A stretch of DNA of 45,564 nucleotides from Rhodothermales bacterium (lineage in GTDB: Bacteria; Bacteroidota; Rhodothermia; Rhodothermales; UBA10348). The position numbers were made by a program, and so were the translations under genes. This document shows positions 28,104 through 38,200 of this stretch, one piece after another. Below the pieces are notes generated by a model. The model did not search any database, was not told where the DNA came from, and was given only the letters and a program-made list of their open reading frames with translations. The stretch covers positions 1-45,564 of the forward strand of contig JBLFXH010000003.1 of the NCBI GenBank assembly GCA_047611125.1, written 5' to 3'. Numbering within the stretch: position 1 is the first letter of the stretch; each line of letters opens with the position of its first letter.

Positions 28104-29465
28104 ATGCGCCCGGTCATTGTCTGGTTTGAAAACGATCTGCGCCTCGCCGATCACGGCGCTTTGGCCGCGGCCGCCGCCTCTGGCGCGCCGGTAATTCCTC
28201 TCTTTGTGTGGGATGGAGGTAAGGGCTGGGCCGAAGGCGCCGCGTCGCGTTGGTGGCTGCACCACAGTCTCACGGCGTTTCGCGATGCCCTAGCCTGGAG
28301 CGGACTCAGCCTAGTGGTTCGCCAGGGAGATCCCGCCGACGTAGTCCCTGTACTAGCCCGGGAGACGGACGCAGAGTCGGTTGCTTGGCTAGAGCGGCCC
28401 GATCCCACCCGTTCGAAGCGTGATGACCGCATCACCGAACGCCTGACTCAAGACGGCCGGCAAGTCGGGAGATACGGGGGCGCATTGCTGCACGACCCCG
28501 AACGTGTGCAGACGGGTTCGGGCGGGCCCTACAAGGTATTTACGCCTTTCCACAACCGGTTCAGACAGATGGTAGAGGTAGCCCAGCCGCTGGATGCCCC
28601 TGTCTTCTCACCCGGTCAGGCTACGCCGGATCTGGTCACGCAGGCGGTTGGTGAGCTCGGATTGTTGCCCACAATCCGGTGGGACGATGGGCTGGCGGCG
28701 GCGTGGGCCCCTGGAGAGAGGGGCGCGCTGGTCCAGATGCAGGACCTCGAACTCTCCGGATACGCAGAGCAGCGTGATATTCCGTCCGTCGACGGCACCT
28801 CCAGGCTGTCTCCCCACCTGCATTTCGGCGAGGTATCACCTAGACAGGTATGGCACGCGGCCGGGCCCATCGCCCCCTACCGCAGGCAGCTGGTCTGGCG
28901 AGACTTCGCCCATCACCTGCTGCACCACTTTCCGAAGACTCGCGAGGCTCCTCTTCGGAAGGAGTTCCGCGATTTTCCTTGGCTTCAGGATGCAGACGCC
29001 CTACGCCGCTGGCAGCGCGGCCAAACCGGCTACCCCATCGTGGATGCGGGGATGCGTCAGCTCTGGGAGACCGGCTGGATGCATAACCGAGTGCGGATGG
29101 TCGTGGCCTCCTTTCTGACCAAGCACCTGCTTCACTCCTGGCTGGACGGACAGGCCTGGTTCAACGATACCCTTGTGGATGCCGACCTCGCCAGCAACGT
29201 GTTCGGATGGCAATGGGCGGGCGGTTGTGGGGCCGATGCCCAGCCGTTTTTCCGCATTTTCAATCCCATGACACAGGGCAAGAAGTTCGACTCCCAGGGT
29301 ATCTACGTTCGCCGGTGGATCCCTGAAATCGCCCACCTTCCTTCAAAGGTCATCCACGAACCTTGGACGGCCGATGTCATACCGGGGGACTACCCCTCAC
29401 CCATGGTGGACCACAAAACGGCGCGAGAGCGGGCCCTTGCCGCGTACAAGAAGCCTCGGACCTAG
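28104..29465 (+). CDS. phrB: Deoxyribodipyrimidine (CPD) photolyase, class III-like
   Basis: WFENDLRLADH, TSRLSPHLHFGEVSPRQ, TGYPIVDAGMRQLWETGWMHNRVRM, GWQWAGGCGADAQPFFRIFNP. Start ATG 28104. Confidence 0.95.
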   Translation: MRPVIVWFENDLRLADHGALAAAAASGAPVIPLFVWDGGKGWAEGAASRWWLHHSLTAFRDALAWSGLSLVVRQGDPADVVPVLARETDAESVAWLERPDPTRSKRDDRITERLTQDGRQVGRYGGALLHDPERVQTGSGGPYKVFTPFHNRFRQMVEVAQPLDAPVFSPGQATPDLVTQAVGELGLLPTIRWDDGLAAAWAPGERGALVQMQDLELSGYAEQRDIPSVDGTSRLSPHLHFGEVSPRQVWHAAGPIAPYRRQLVWRDFAHHLLHHFPKTREAPLRKEFRDFPWLQDADALRRWQRGQTGYPIVDAGMRQLWETGWMHNRVRMVVASFLTKHLLHSWLDGQAWFNDTLVDADLASNVFGWQWAGGCGADAQPFFRIFNPMTQGKKFDSQGIYVRRWIPEIAHLPSKVIHEPWTADVIPGDYPSPMVDHKTARERALAAYKKPRT

Positions 29466-29534
29466 ACATGTCGTCGCTTCAGCACCGCAGCCACCCTCCT
29501 TAGCGGCCCATCTGGGCGCGCCGGCGGCGAAGGC

Positions 29535-31205
29535 CTAGGGCAGCCGGTACGTCACAGCCGTCCGAAAGAACAGGTCCGGGATTCCGGCGACTGTCACTCC
29601 GACGTCAATCCGATCCAGCAGCGTATATCTGCGCGCCAGCGCCATCCCGGTAGGCGTGGTGCCGTCCAATAATCGGAACAGATCCGCCTGAATGTTGCGC
29701 TCTACACCGGTGGCGATTCCCGATCCGGAGGCCACGCCCCCTCCAATCGAATAATGGGGATCCGAATAGCCGGTGACGCCTCCCAGCGCCTGGAACAGCA
29801 GGCCGTCCAAATCCAGAAAGGCGAGTCTTAGGGGAAGCAGGAGCCAACCCGCGCCCTTGATTCGATCTGGGAAACGGAAGTCGAGTCCCGCCCGAATTTC
29901 GTAGTCCAGAGCCTTCCCCACTCTGAATGTCTTGGGTGTGCCGGAGTCTGAGCCGTACGTGCCTTCAACAGACAACTCACCTTGATAAAGGACGTAGTTG
30001 GTCGTGAACGTATGCGGCCCCAGCCCCAGATCCACACCGAACGTCAGGTGACTGGGCTGACGAAAAACCATCGCCGTGCCAAGACTGTCCGAGGTTGGTC
30101 GCGTCAGGTTGGGTTTCGCCAAGTTGAGCGCTTCCACGTCCAGCAGTTCGTCTTCGTGGGGACCCGGGGCTACTTCCCCAGACAGATTGACGAAGATGGG
30201 CAGATGACCCTCCGCGAAGGCGGCAGGGTCATTCATAGTCAGGTCCTGTGACCAGTTGCCGGCAATGGAGAGCACCAGAACCTCATCAGGCGTGGCAAAG
30301 CGTAGACCACCTCGAGCCCCCCAGGCCCGTCCGCGGTAGTGGCCGCGGGCACGCCAATAGAGTGTGTTGCTCTCTCCCGGCGCCAGGTTGGGGTCGGACG
30401 GGTCGTTGTAGAAGTACTGTTGACTCCCACTCAGCACGGTCATAAGACCGGGCTGAAAACTCCAGTTCATGTTCGCGTGGGCAGACCGCCTGAGGATGGA
30501 GAAGCCGGCGTGCCAGGAGCCCAGGTCATCGGTCCCTAGATGGATTCCGGTACCCAACGCAAGCTGATCCAGGTCTAGGCTAAACTCGGCTGCGGCGCTG
30601 AGCTGCGCAAGAATGTCAATATCGATGGTTTGGGCGCCGCTTCGGCGGCCGGCATCCAGTACAGTCTCGAGGCCTGACATGCGCAGGCCTGCAGAGGCTG
30701 ACGCCCGCCGGTGGTAGCCTCCGGCCAGCGTGAAACCGGAAGCGAGTTCATGGGCCACCACGAGCGCGCCAAGTTGACCAGACTGGCCCGCCGTAATTCC
30801 GCTCAGCGCGGTGTATTGGGGGACCGAGGTCGATGCAAAATCAAAGTCAGACAGAAAGTCATCGGTGGCGGTCTGCACGCGCTCCGCTGAGAGCAGTGCC
30901 TCCTTCCCGAACCCGAACGATGCGTTGGTAAGCCCAGTCCGTCCCTCGATAGCGAACCCGGTAGTGCCGCCGAGGGCCAGGAGCGCAGGGTTGGAGAAGA
31001 GGCTACCCGGTCCTGACGAATGCCGGGCCGACCAAACTGGCCCCAGAGACCGTGCTCCGGGTGCTCCCGACTGGATTCCCAGTCGCCAGTCGCTCTCCAG
31101 AATTCCGCCGGACCAGGACCCGATTCGGAAGTCCTCGTTGCCGGATTGGGCGAAGACGCCCGCGGTCATCAAGAACGAACTTGCTATGAGCACGAAATTG
31201 CGCAT
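29535..31205 (-). CDS. Outer-membrane beta-barrel protein, FadL/PorV-like N-terminal motif, unknown function
   Basis: Signal peptide (VFA-Q); GARSLG...SLFSNPALLA resembles the FadL/PorV hatch motif; alternating beta-strand patterns; C-terminal strand FRTAVTYRLP. Confidence 0.6.
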   Translation of the reverse strand: MRNFVLIASSFLMTAGVFAQSGNEDFRIGSWSGGILESDWRLGIQSGAPGARSLGPVWSARHSSGPGSLFSNPALLALGGTTGFAIEGRTGLTNASFGFGKEALLSAERVQTATDDFLSDFDFASTSVPQYTALSGITAGQSGQLGALVVAHELASGFTLAGGYHRRASASAGLRMSGLETVLDAGRRSGAQTIDIDILAQLSAAAEFSLDLDQLALGTGIHLGTDDLGSWHAGFSILRRSAHANMNWSFQPGLMTVLSGSQQYFYNDPSDPNLAPGESNTLYWRARGHYRGRAWGARGGLRFATPDEVLVLSIAGNWSQDLTMNDPAAFAEGHLPIFVNLSGEVAPGPHEDELLDVEALNLAKPNLTRPTSDSLGTAMVFRQPSHLTFGVDLGLGPHTFTTNYVLYQGELSVEGTYGSDSGTPKTFRVGKALDYEIRAGLDFRFPDRIKGAGWLLLPLRLAFLDLDGLLFQALGGVTGYSDPHYSIGGGVASGSGIATGVERNIQADLFRLLDGTTPTGMALARRYTLLDRIDVGVTVAGIPDLFFRTAVTYRLP

Positions 31206-32194
31206 CAGAACGCCACCCGCAGGGCTACCTGTTGGCTCGTACCTAGGAAAGAATCCGCGTAGGCGTAATCGGCCGCAAGCGTCACCCCGGCAACGGCAGG
31301 CAGGCGCAGGCCGAATCCGAGCGTGAGGCGTTCGTCAGACTGACCATTGAGCGAACGTTCGGTCCCCACCCGAAGTGCGAGCATCTCGGCGAGTGTGACC
31401 TGGAGTCCGACTCGGACTCGTTCATCCAATTCATCGTTCAGCGCTGGGACGTAGTCCAGGAGAATCAACCCTTGGCGGCCCGCAGGAATCTGGCCACCAA
31501 CCACCACGAGCAGGGGCAGTCCCTCGTTGTAGCTAGATGTCACACTCCCCGACGCGGTACCCGAATTCCACTGAATCAGCGAAGCCAGATTTCGCACATT
31601 TATGCCAATGGCGCCTCGTCCAGCGGCGTATCGAAGGCCAATTCCGCCCGTGACGCCGGTGGCATCGCCGTTAATCTGATTGGCCATGCCCTGCGCGATC
31701 TCAATCGGATCGAAGACTAATAGCGCATCTGGGTTGATCTGGTTACGTCCGAATCGGGAGAGAAGGAGGGCACCTGAGAATCCCATAGAGAATCGCCCGA
31801 ATCGGCGGGCCAAGGCCATCTGAACCACTGTCTCCCGCATGGCGTCATCACCGGAATCCCGGAAGTGGAGGCCCATTCCCCATCCGCTGCGCGTGCTGAA
31901 TCCAAGTCCGAATTGCCCGTGCTCCAGGAGATCGTACTGCTGGAGATAGCTGAACGAGAATTGGACCTGGTCCAACGCTGCAGCCGAGGCCGGATTTGAC
32001 CAAACGGCCTCGAGACCCGAGTCTGAGGCTACGCCGGCCTGGCCGAGCGCTGCGAGACGGGGTCCTGGACCAGCGTCAAGAAACGCTGCGGGAATGGAGC
32101 TGAGTGGTTGTGCCCTCGCAGTGGACAGTGGGACCGCCAACGCGACAACAAGAAGGATGAGCACAGCCTCCCAGACAGGAAGCTTATCGAACAC
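31205..32194 (-). CDS. PorV/PorQ-family outer-membrane beta-barrel
   Basis: Signal peptide (ARA-Q); AAFLDAGPGPRLAALGQAGVA...AVWSNPASAA; terminal DYAY...LGTSQQVALRVAF ending in Phe. Confidence 0.8.
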   Translation of the reverse strand: MFDKLPVWEAVLILLVVALAVPLSTARAQPLSSIPAAFLDAGPGPRLAALGQAGVASDSGLEAVWSNPASAAALDQVQFSFSYLQQYDLLEHGQFGLGFSTRSGWGMGLHFRDSGDDAMRETVVQMALARRFGRFSMGFSGALLLSRFGRNQINPDALLVFDPIEIAQGMANQINGDATGVTGGIGLRYAAGRGAIGINVRNLASLIQWNSGTASGSVTSSYNEGLPLLVVVGGQIPAGRQGLILLDYVPALNDELDERVRVGLQVTLAEMLALRVGTERSLNGQSDERLTLGFGLRLPAVAGVTLAADYAYADSFLGTSQQVALRVAF

Positions 32195-32221
32195 GGGTGT
32201 GGTTGGCTGGAGGCCGGGTAT

Positions 32222-35200
32222 CTACTTAACGAGTACGGCGGAAATCTGCGCAGTCGTTGTGCCACTCGTGTCGCTGGCCTCGATCCTGATGATGTAGCGG
32301 CCGTTTCTGGCTCGCGTCCCGCCATCGGTTGTCCCGTCCCACAGGATTTCGCGACGCGAGGTGCCGGAGCCGTATCTCCCGGGCTCCTGGAGTTCAGACT
32401 GGAGGATGGTCTTCACCAATTGGGCCTGCATGTTGAAGACCCGAATCGTCACCGAGGCGGAAGGCTCCTGGCTAGTAAGCAAATAGCCAATCCGCAGTGG
32501 CGCCACGTTTGGAGAAAACGGTGACGGCAGGACTGCCACATTTCGGAGTCCCAGCGTCTCGTTGGTGGCCAGTATCGCGAACTCGGTCAAATGGCGAACC
32601 GAAGGCGAGACGAACGCGCCCCCGCTGTCCTCGGTCTTCAGTAGACGCCAGCGCAGGCGATCCGTCTCGAAACGGGCCATCACCCGCTCACCCTGAAAGA
32701 GCGCGAGCGAAGGGTCCGCGGATAACTGAACGGACGCGTCACCCAAGAGGGAGTCTCCCGGCAGGGCTCGGTCGGACCTCATTGAGAACCGAACGAGCGC
32801 ATCGCCTACGGTCAGTCTTTGGGACCCGCTGGAGGCATTGCGTTTCGGGCCAATCAGCGGTGGATAAGACAGTCCGATTTCGGAGGCGAACGGAATGGCT
32901 CCGCCCGGCAGTGACAACTCTCCACCCCTTGCTCCTCGAAGGAAGGCTGGTTCGCCTGACAGGAGATCCCGGTAGAGGGAGAGCGTGGTAAAGGCGGATT
33001 TTTCGGAAATAGGATCAGTGACGTCAAGCCGGATAGGACCAATGAGAGAGCGGTCGCCGGGAACGAAGACACCGCTTTCCGTCACTCGTCCTGCACTCGG
33101 TGGCGAGACGCTCCAGGAAAGGCCGTTGCCCAGCAACTGCTGGGAGCCGTCCTCGAGCCTGGCCCGATAGTTCATCTGAATTCCCGGGCCCGAGTTGCTG
33201 ACCGAGGGCAGAGGCGAGGCCAGGGTGAGTGCAGACAGAGGCTCCGCCTGAACCTGAAAGTCGGCCACGAATGTGAAGTCCGCAGCTCCTAACGTGGCCG
33301 TTACTTCTAGTCTCACAGCCTCTGCCTCCTGAACCGTCAGTAGCGCCTCGGTGGGATTGGACGGATCCGGAAAAACCAGGCTTGCGTGGTCTCCTCCCAG
33401 CGCCCACGTCATCTTGCCTTCCGTCCCGCCCAAGAACCGGGCACGCAGGTCTGTTCCGATACCGTCCAACAGAACGGCGCGCACCTGGTACGTATCTCCG
33501 GCGCGAAGCCGGCTCCCGGCTAGGGCAGGCTCGATGCGAAGGGTGGCGAGTTTTCCGGGAGTTTGGGGTATGAGAGTGATCGGTGCAGAAGCGTACCCGA
33601 GGCCAGTGCCTCCATCGGTGACGCTCATCTCGTAGATGATGGACTCCGCCCCGTTCGCCGCAGGCAGAGTAGCCTTCAGGTAGCCTCCCGAGGCAATAAG
33701 CGGGAGCGACTCGCTTGCCCCGCGAAGCGTATAGGTCAAGGTCCCAGAGACTGAAGTGAGGTCGTGCCCGTCAGTAGCTAAAACCAAGATCTCTGTCTCC
33801 TGAATGGAGGACACTACGCCGGCTGGGACATGGCGGTAGGGGAGTGCCAACGACACCGTCAGCTCATCTGAGTCACCTGTGAGTGTTGGCTCAAGCGAGG
33901 GGCCAGACGGGCCGAGATACCCCTGCTTAACTACGTCCAGGCGGTATGGCCCGGCTCCCAGCGTGGCCGGTGTTTCGAACAGCCCCTCCACATCAGTGAA
34001 GCCCTCTACCAGTCGGCCACCGGAGCTCTCCACCGTGACCTGCGCCGCATCGATGGGGAGCAGCCCGTCCGTCAGCGACACCGTGATGCGGCCGGACGGC
34101 AGCGCGATGTCGTCCAGGGTCACCACCTGTCCGAGTCGCTCTCCAGGTATACGGACCGTCCGGATGACTGGGGGCCCCTCGTCGGGGAGCACGGAAAGAG
34201 TATAGACGGTGGTATCCGGAGCCGGGACGTCCAGTGGCATGGCCGGGAATATGAACGCGCCCTGCGCGTCGGTTACCGTCTCCAAGAGCGAACGTGCTTG
34301 TGCTCGAACCAATACGCCGGGCGTGCCGGCTCCTCGGTAGACCACCCGCCCCTGGAGAAGTACGGTCGCGGGCCGGAGTGAGAACGCCAGACCCTCGCGC
34401 GCCTCGCCCTCGGCGAGCACAACCTGCTGCTCGCCCATCCGAAAACCCTGGGCGGTCGCGGTCAGGTTGTAAAGTCCGCCGGGGAGCTGCTCAAGCGTGT
34501 AGGCACCTGCAACAGACTCGGTCTGGTAGACAATGCCAGTGGTTCCTTCGACTGCGGTGACCTGTCCGTCCAAACTGGTCCCAGTCTCGCTTCGCACTGT
34601 TCCGGAAATTTGGCCGGTGGCCTCGGCCAGGGTGAACTCCAGGGTCAGGATGGCTGAGCCTTCCAAGAGAACGGTTGCGGCTGGAGGCGTGCTTGAGAAT
34701 CCAGCGAGTGACGGACGCACCGTGTAAGTGCGCAGCAGAGGCAGGCCCTCAAAGGTGAAAACCCCTGCGATGTCGGTTCTCCCGGGTCGGACAACGAGAC
34801 CGTCCTCACTGGATAGCACCACATCAACCGCGGACATGGGCTGACGCAGCACGTTGAGAAGCTGGACCCGGATCGTGCCCACCTGTGCCACGGCCGTAAA
34901 ACTTGCGGTTCCAGATCCGCCCTGGGCCACAACCACGGACCGGAAGGCAGGACTGAAGGACACGCCTTCCTTCTCGGGGACAACACGGTAGCCTCCCGAG
35001 GCCAGCAGCGCGAATGCGTACCCGCCATCAGTCAGCGATGAGGTGATGCCTCGAACCTCCCCGGACGTGCCATCCAATAGCCTAACCGTTGCCCGTGGGA
35101 AGCCCGCATTTCCGCCGATCTCGGCGGTGTTGACGGCTACGATCAAAGCCACATCTGCCACATCCGTGACGCCGTCACTAAAAGCAGCGGTATTCGAGCC

Positions 35201-38200
35201 ATTGACATAACCGGGCCGGTTGATCTCGGTCCGGAGCGTCCAGGAAGCCCCTGGATCGAGCCCGGTGACGGTGTAATTCCCGTTGTCGCCCGATGTGACT
35301 GTAACCACGCGGCCGCCGCCTGATGCCACAACGCGAACGGGAAAGCCCAGAGGGGCTCCCGATTTGTCGATCACCACACCCAGGATCCGCCCGTCCGAGG
35401 CGGCTAGCTCCACGTCCAGAACGCCACCCTCGGCAATCGTAACGCTTTGAACCAGCTTGCGAAAGCCTGATTGGAGGATCTCCATTTCATATAGGCCAGT
35501 TGCCAGCGCGCTGAAACTGTACTGACCGAGGTCGTTGCTCTCGGTGCTCGCAGCGCCAGGCTCCCCCACGAGTGTGACCTGGACACCGGCAAGTGCACGA
35601 CCATCGGCGGCGCTGGTCACCAGCCCCGTCAACGACCCGAGGCGCGGCAATAGGACAACGTCGCCCAACGCTGTGACGGCCCCGTCGCTCACGGAAACGT
35701 TCGGGATGGTCAGTGCGGCGTAGCCGGCCCTTGCAATGGAGACCGTGGATGAACCGGACATCAGCCCCATCAACTCGAATTGCCCAGAATTGGAGGAGAG
35801 GGTGAGCGACTCCAGACCATTGGAGGAACCCGTAATGACTGCCCCCGGAATCGAAGCATTGCTAGTGTCCAAGACCCGGCCCGTAATGCTGCCGGTGGCC
35901 GAGGCCAGAACAGCCGGGTGGTCCCGGGTCTCGCCTTGACCCAGCGTGATGGCCGCGTCCTGCAACGGAGTGAATCCGGGGGCTTGAACGAGTAATTCGT
36001 AGGTCCCTGGGGCCAAGTTGGTATATCGAATCTGGCCCAACAGATCGGAGGAGCTGGTGAACCGAATGGAACCCGATCTCAGGTCACCCGCCGCGCCTTG
36101 AATGGGCGTGCCTTCACTGGTCTGAACGGTGACGATCAGCTGACCGGAAACGGTAGTCAGTTGAAAATCCACGCCTGATCGTTGCTCGCCGAGCGCCAGT
36201 GTGACAGATCTGCTCGTTGTTGCGTACCCGGCTAGCGATGCCTGGACCTCGCGGGTGCCGGGGTCCAGGAAGAGGGTGTAGGCCCCATCAAATTGCGAGG
36301 TTGCCGAGGCCGCGCCCGAAGCTACCGTCACGCCGGCCAGTGGGACCCCACTCGCGTGCCGAGCAACTCCGCTCAAGGACGAAGAGCCGGGGAGCAGTTC
36401 GACCGTCGTGGTGCGCGTCTCCCGTATCCCGAGCGATGACTGAGTGTTTTGGTAGGGCCTGAAGCCAACGGCCATCACCGCCACATCCAGAAGTGCTCCC
36501 GGCTGGACTGGCAGCGCAAACTGACCATCGGCTCGGACCACCGTGAATCGATCGAGCTGCCCTCCCATCACTGACACGACTGCCGCGCCCACAGGCTTGC
36601 CGGCCGACGTCACCACGCCTCTCAGCGTGGTTTCCGCGGCAATCAGATCCGCGTCCAAGCCCTGCAGCGCCTGTCCGGCCAAGAGCGTCCGAAGCAGAGG
36701 CGCGGAAGATTCATGCCCCTCGGCCCCCATGCGGACAGACCAGCTGCCGGGGGATAGACCTACGCTATACCGGCCGAATTGGTCAGTGCGCGAGGTGATG
36801 GACTGCTGGGTCGTGGTTGCTACAACAGTCGCAAAGGGTATGGTGGCGCCCGCCCGAGTGACGACGCCACTGACAGTCGAGGCCGCCGGAACCAGGATTA
36901 CTTGTAGCCCGCTCAGCTGGGAGGACAATCCGAAATTGACGGCCTTGGACCCATGTCCCGCGGCCGAGGCAACGAACTCGTGAACCCCGTCCGTCAGCGC
37001 CAGATCGAATCGGCCGTCAGGGCTGGCCGTGACCCGACGAGGGAACGCCGAATAGGGACCCAACAGTAAGGTGGCTCCGCCGACAGCCAGTCCGGCCGGA
37101 TCCACCACGCGGCCGGTAACCCGACCCTCTGCGGCCACGAGGTTCATATCGAGGCCGGAAACGGACTCTGCGTAGCCAACCCGCAGGGCTGCCGGGCTGG
37201 CATCCATGAACCCATCCGCGCGAGCAGTCACGAAGTAGCTTCCTGCCCCGACGTCAAGAATGAACTGGCCATTGTTATCTGCAACGGTAGTGAGCACCGG
37301 GCCGGCGTAAGGCCGGGCAATCACCAGGGCTCCCGCCAGAGAGCGGCGCTCGCGAACACCGTCCGAACCGGTGCTCACGCCGAAAACGCTGCCCGACACT
37401 TGGCTGGCCTGCTCCGTTAAGACCACCGTGACATTCGTCTGGTGCTCTGCGGTTGATACCTGAACTTGTACCGGCTGCCCACCCAGGAACCCGGCCTTGG
37501 ACGCAGTCAGCGTCCACGATCCTGCGGCCAGCGTGAAGTCGAAACCACCCTGGCCGTCGGTGGTGTACCGCTGCGAACTGGATCCGAAACTGGCGACAAC
37601 TGTGGCCAACTGGACAGGCTGACCGTCTTCGTTGACCACACGACCAGAGACGAATCCCGCGATGGCCTCCAGGATCAGATCAGGAGCGTCGACCTGCTCA
37701 TTCGGCTCGACTTGAAGGCGCTCGATTTCGTCGGTGGCGAATCCGTCCTTCGTGCCGCGGATTGAGTAGGTGCCGGGCGGAACGCTGACAGACCAACGCC
37801 CTTCTGAGTCGGTTAGGGTCTGACGGATCGGATCGTCCCCGCGAAGAACGGCCACGGCTGCGTTTTCAAGAAGCCCCGCACTGTCGTCCAGAACCAGGCC
37901 CGAGACGCGCGCCGGCAATGGGCGCATCCCCAGCACAAACTCGTTGAGTTGATTGGCACTGATTGTGATCGCGTACGTCGTATCGGCATACTGGTCGCGA
38001 CTTGCATGGAACAGGTAACGTCCGGTCACCAGGCTGTCGCGATAAGACTCGGTCGAGTTCACCAACGGGACAATCGGCGCATGCCGGCCGTCCAGATTCT
38101 CCACTTCGACACGGACTCCGAGGATGGCTGTGTCGTCGGCAGTAGACCGCGGTCGAAAGCGAAATTGTCCCATCGGGACTTCGTAAGAGAAGGCGCGATT

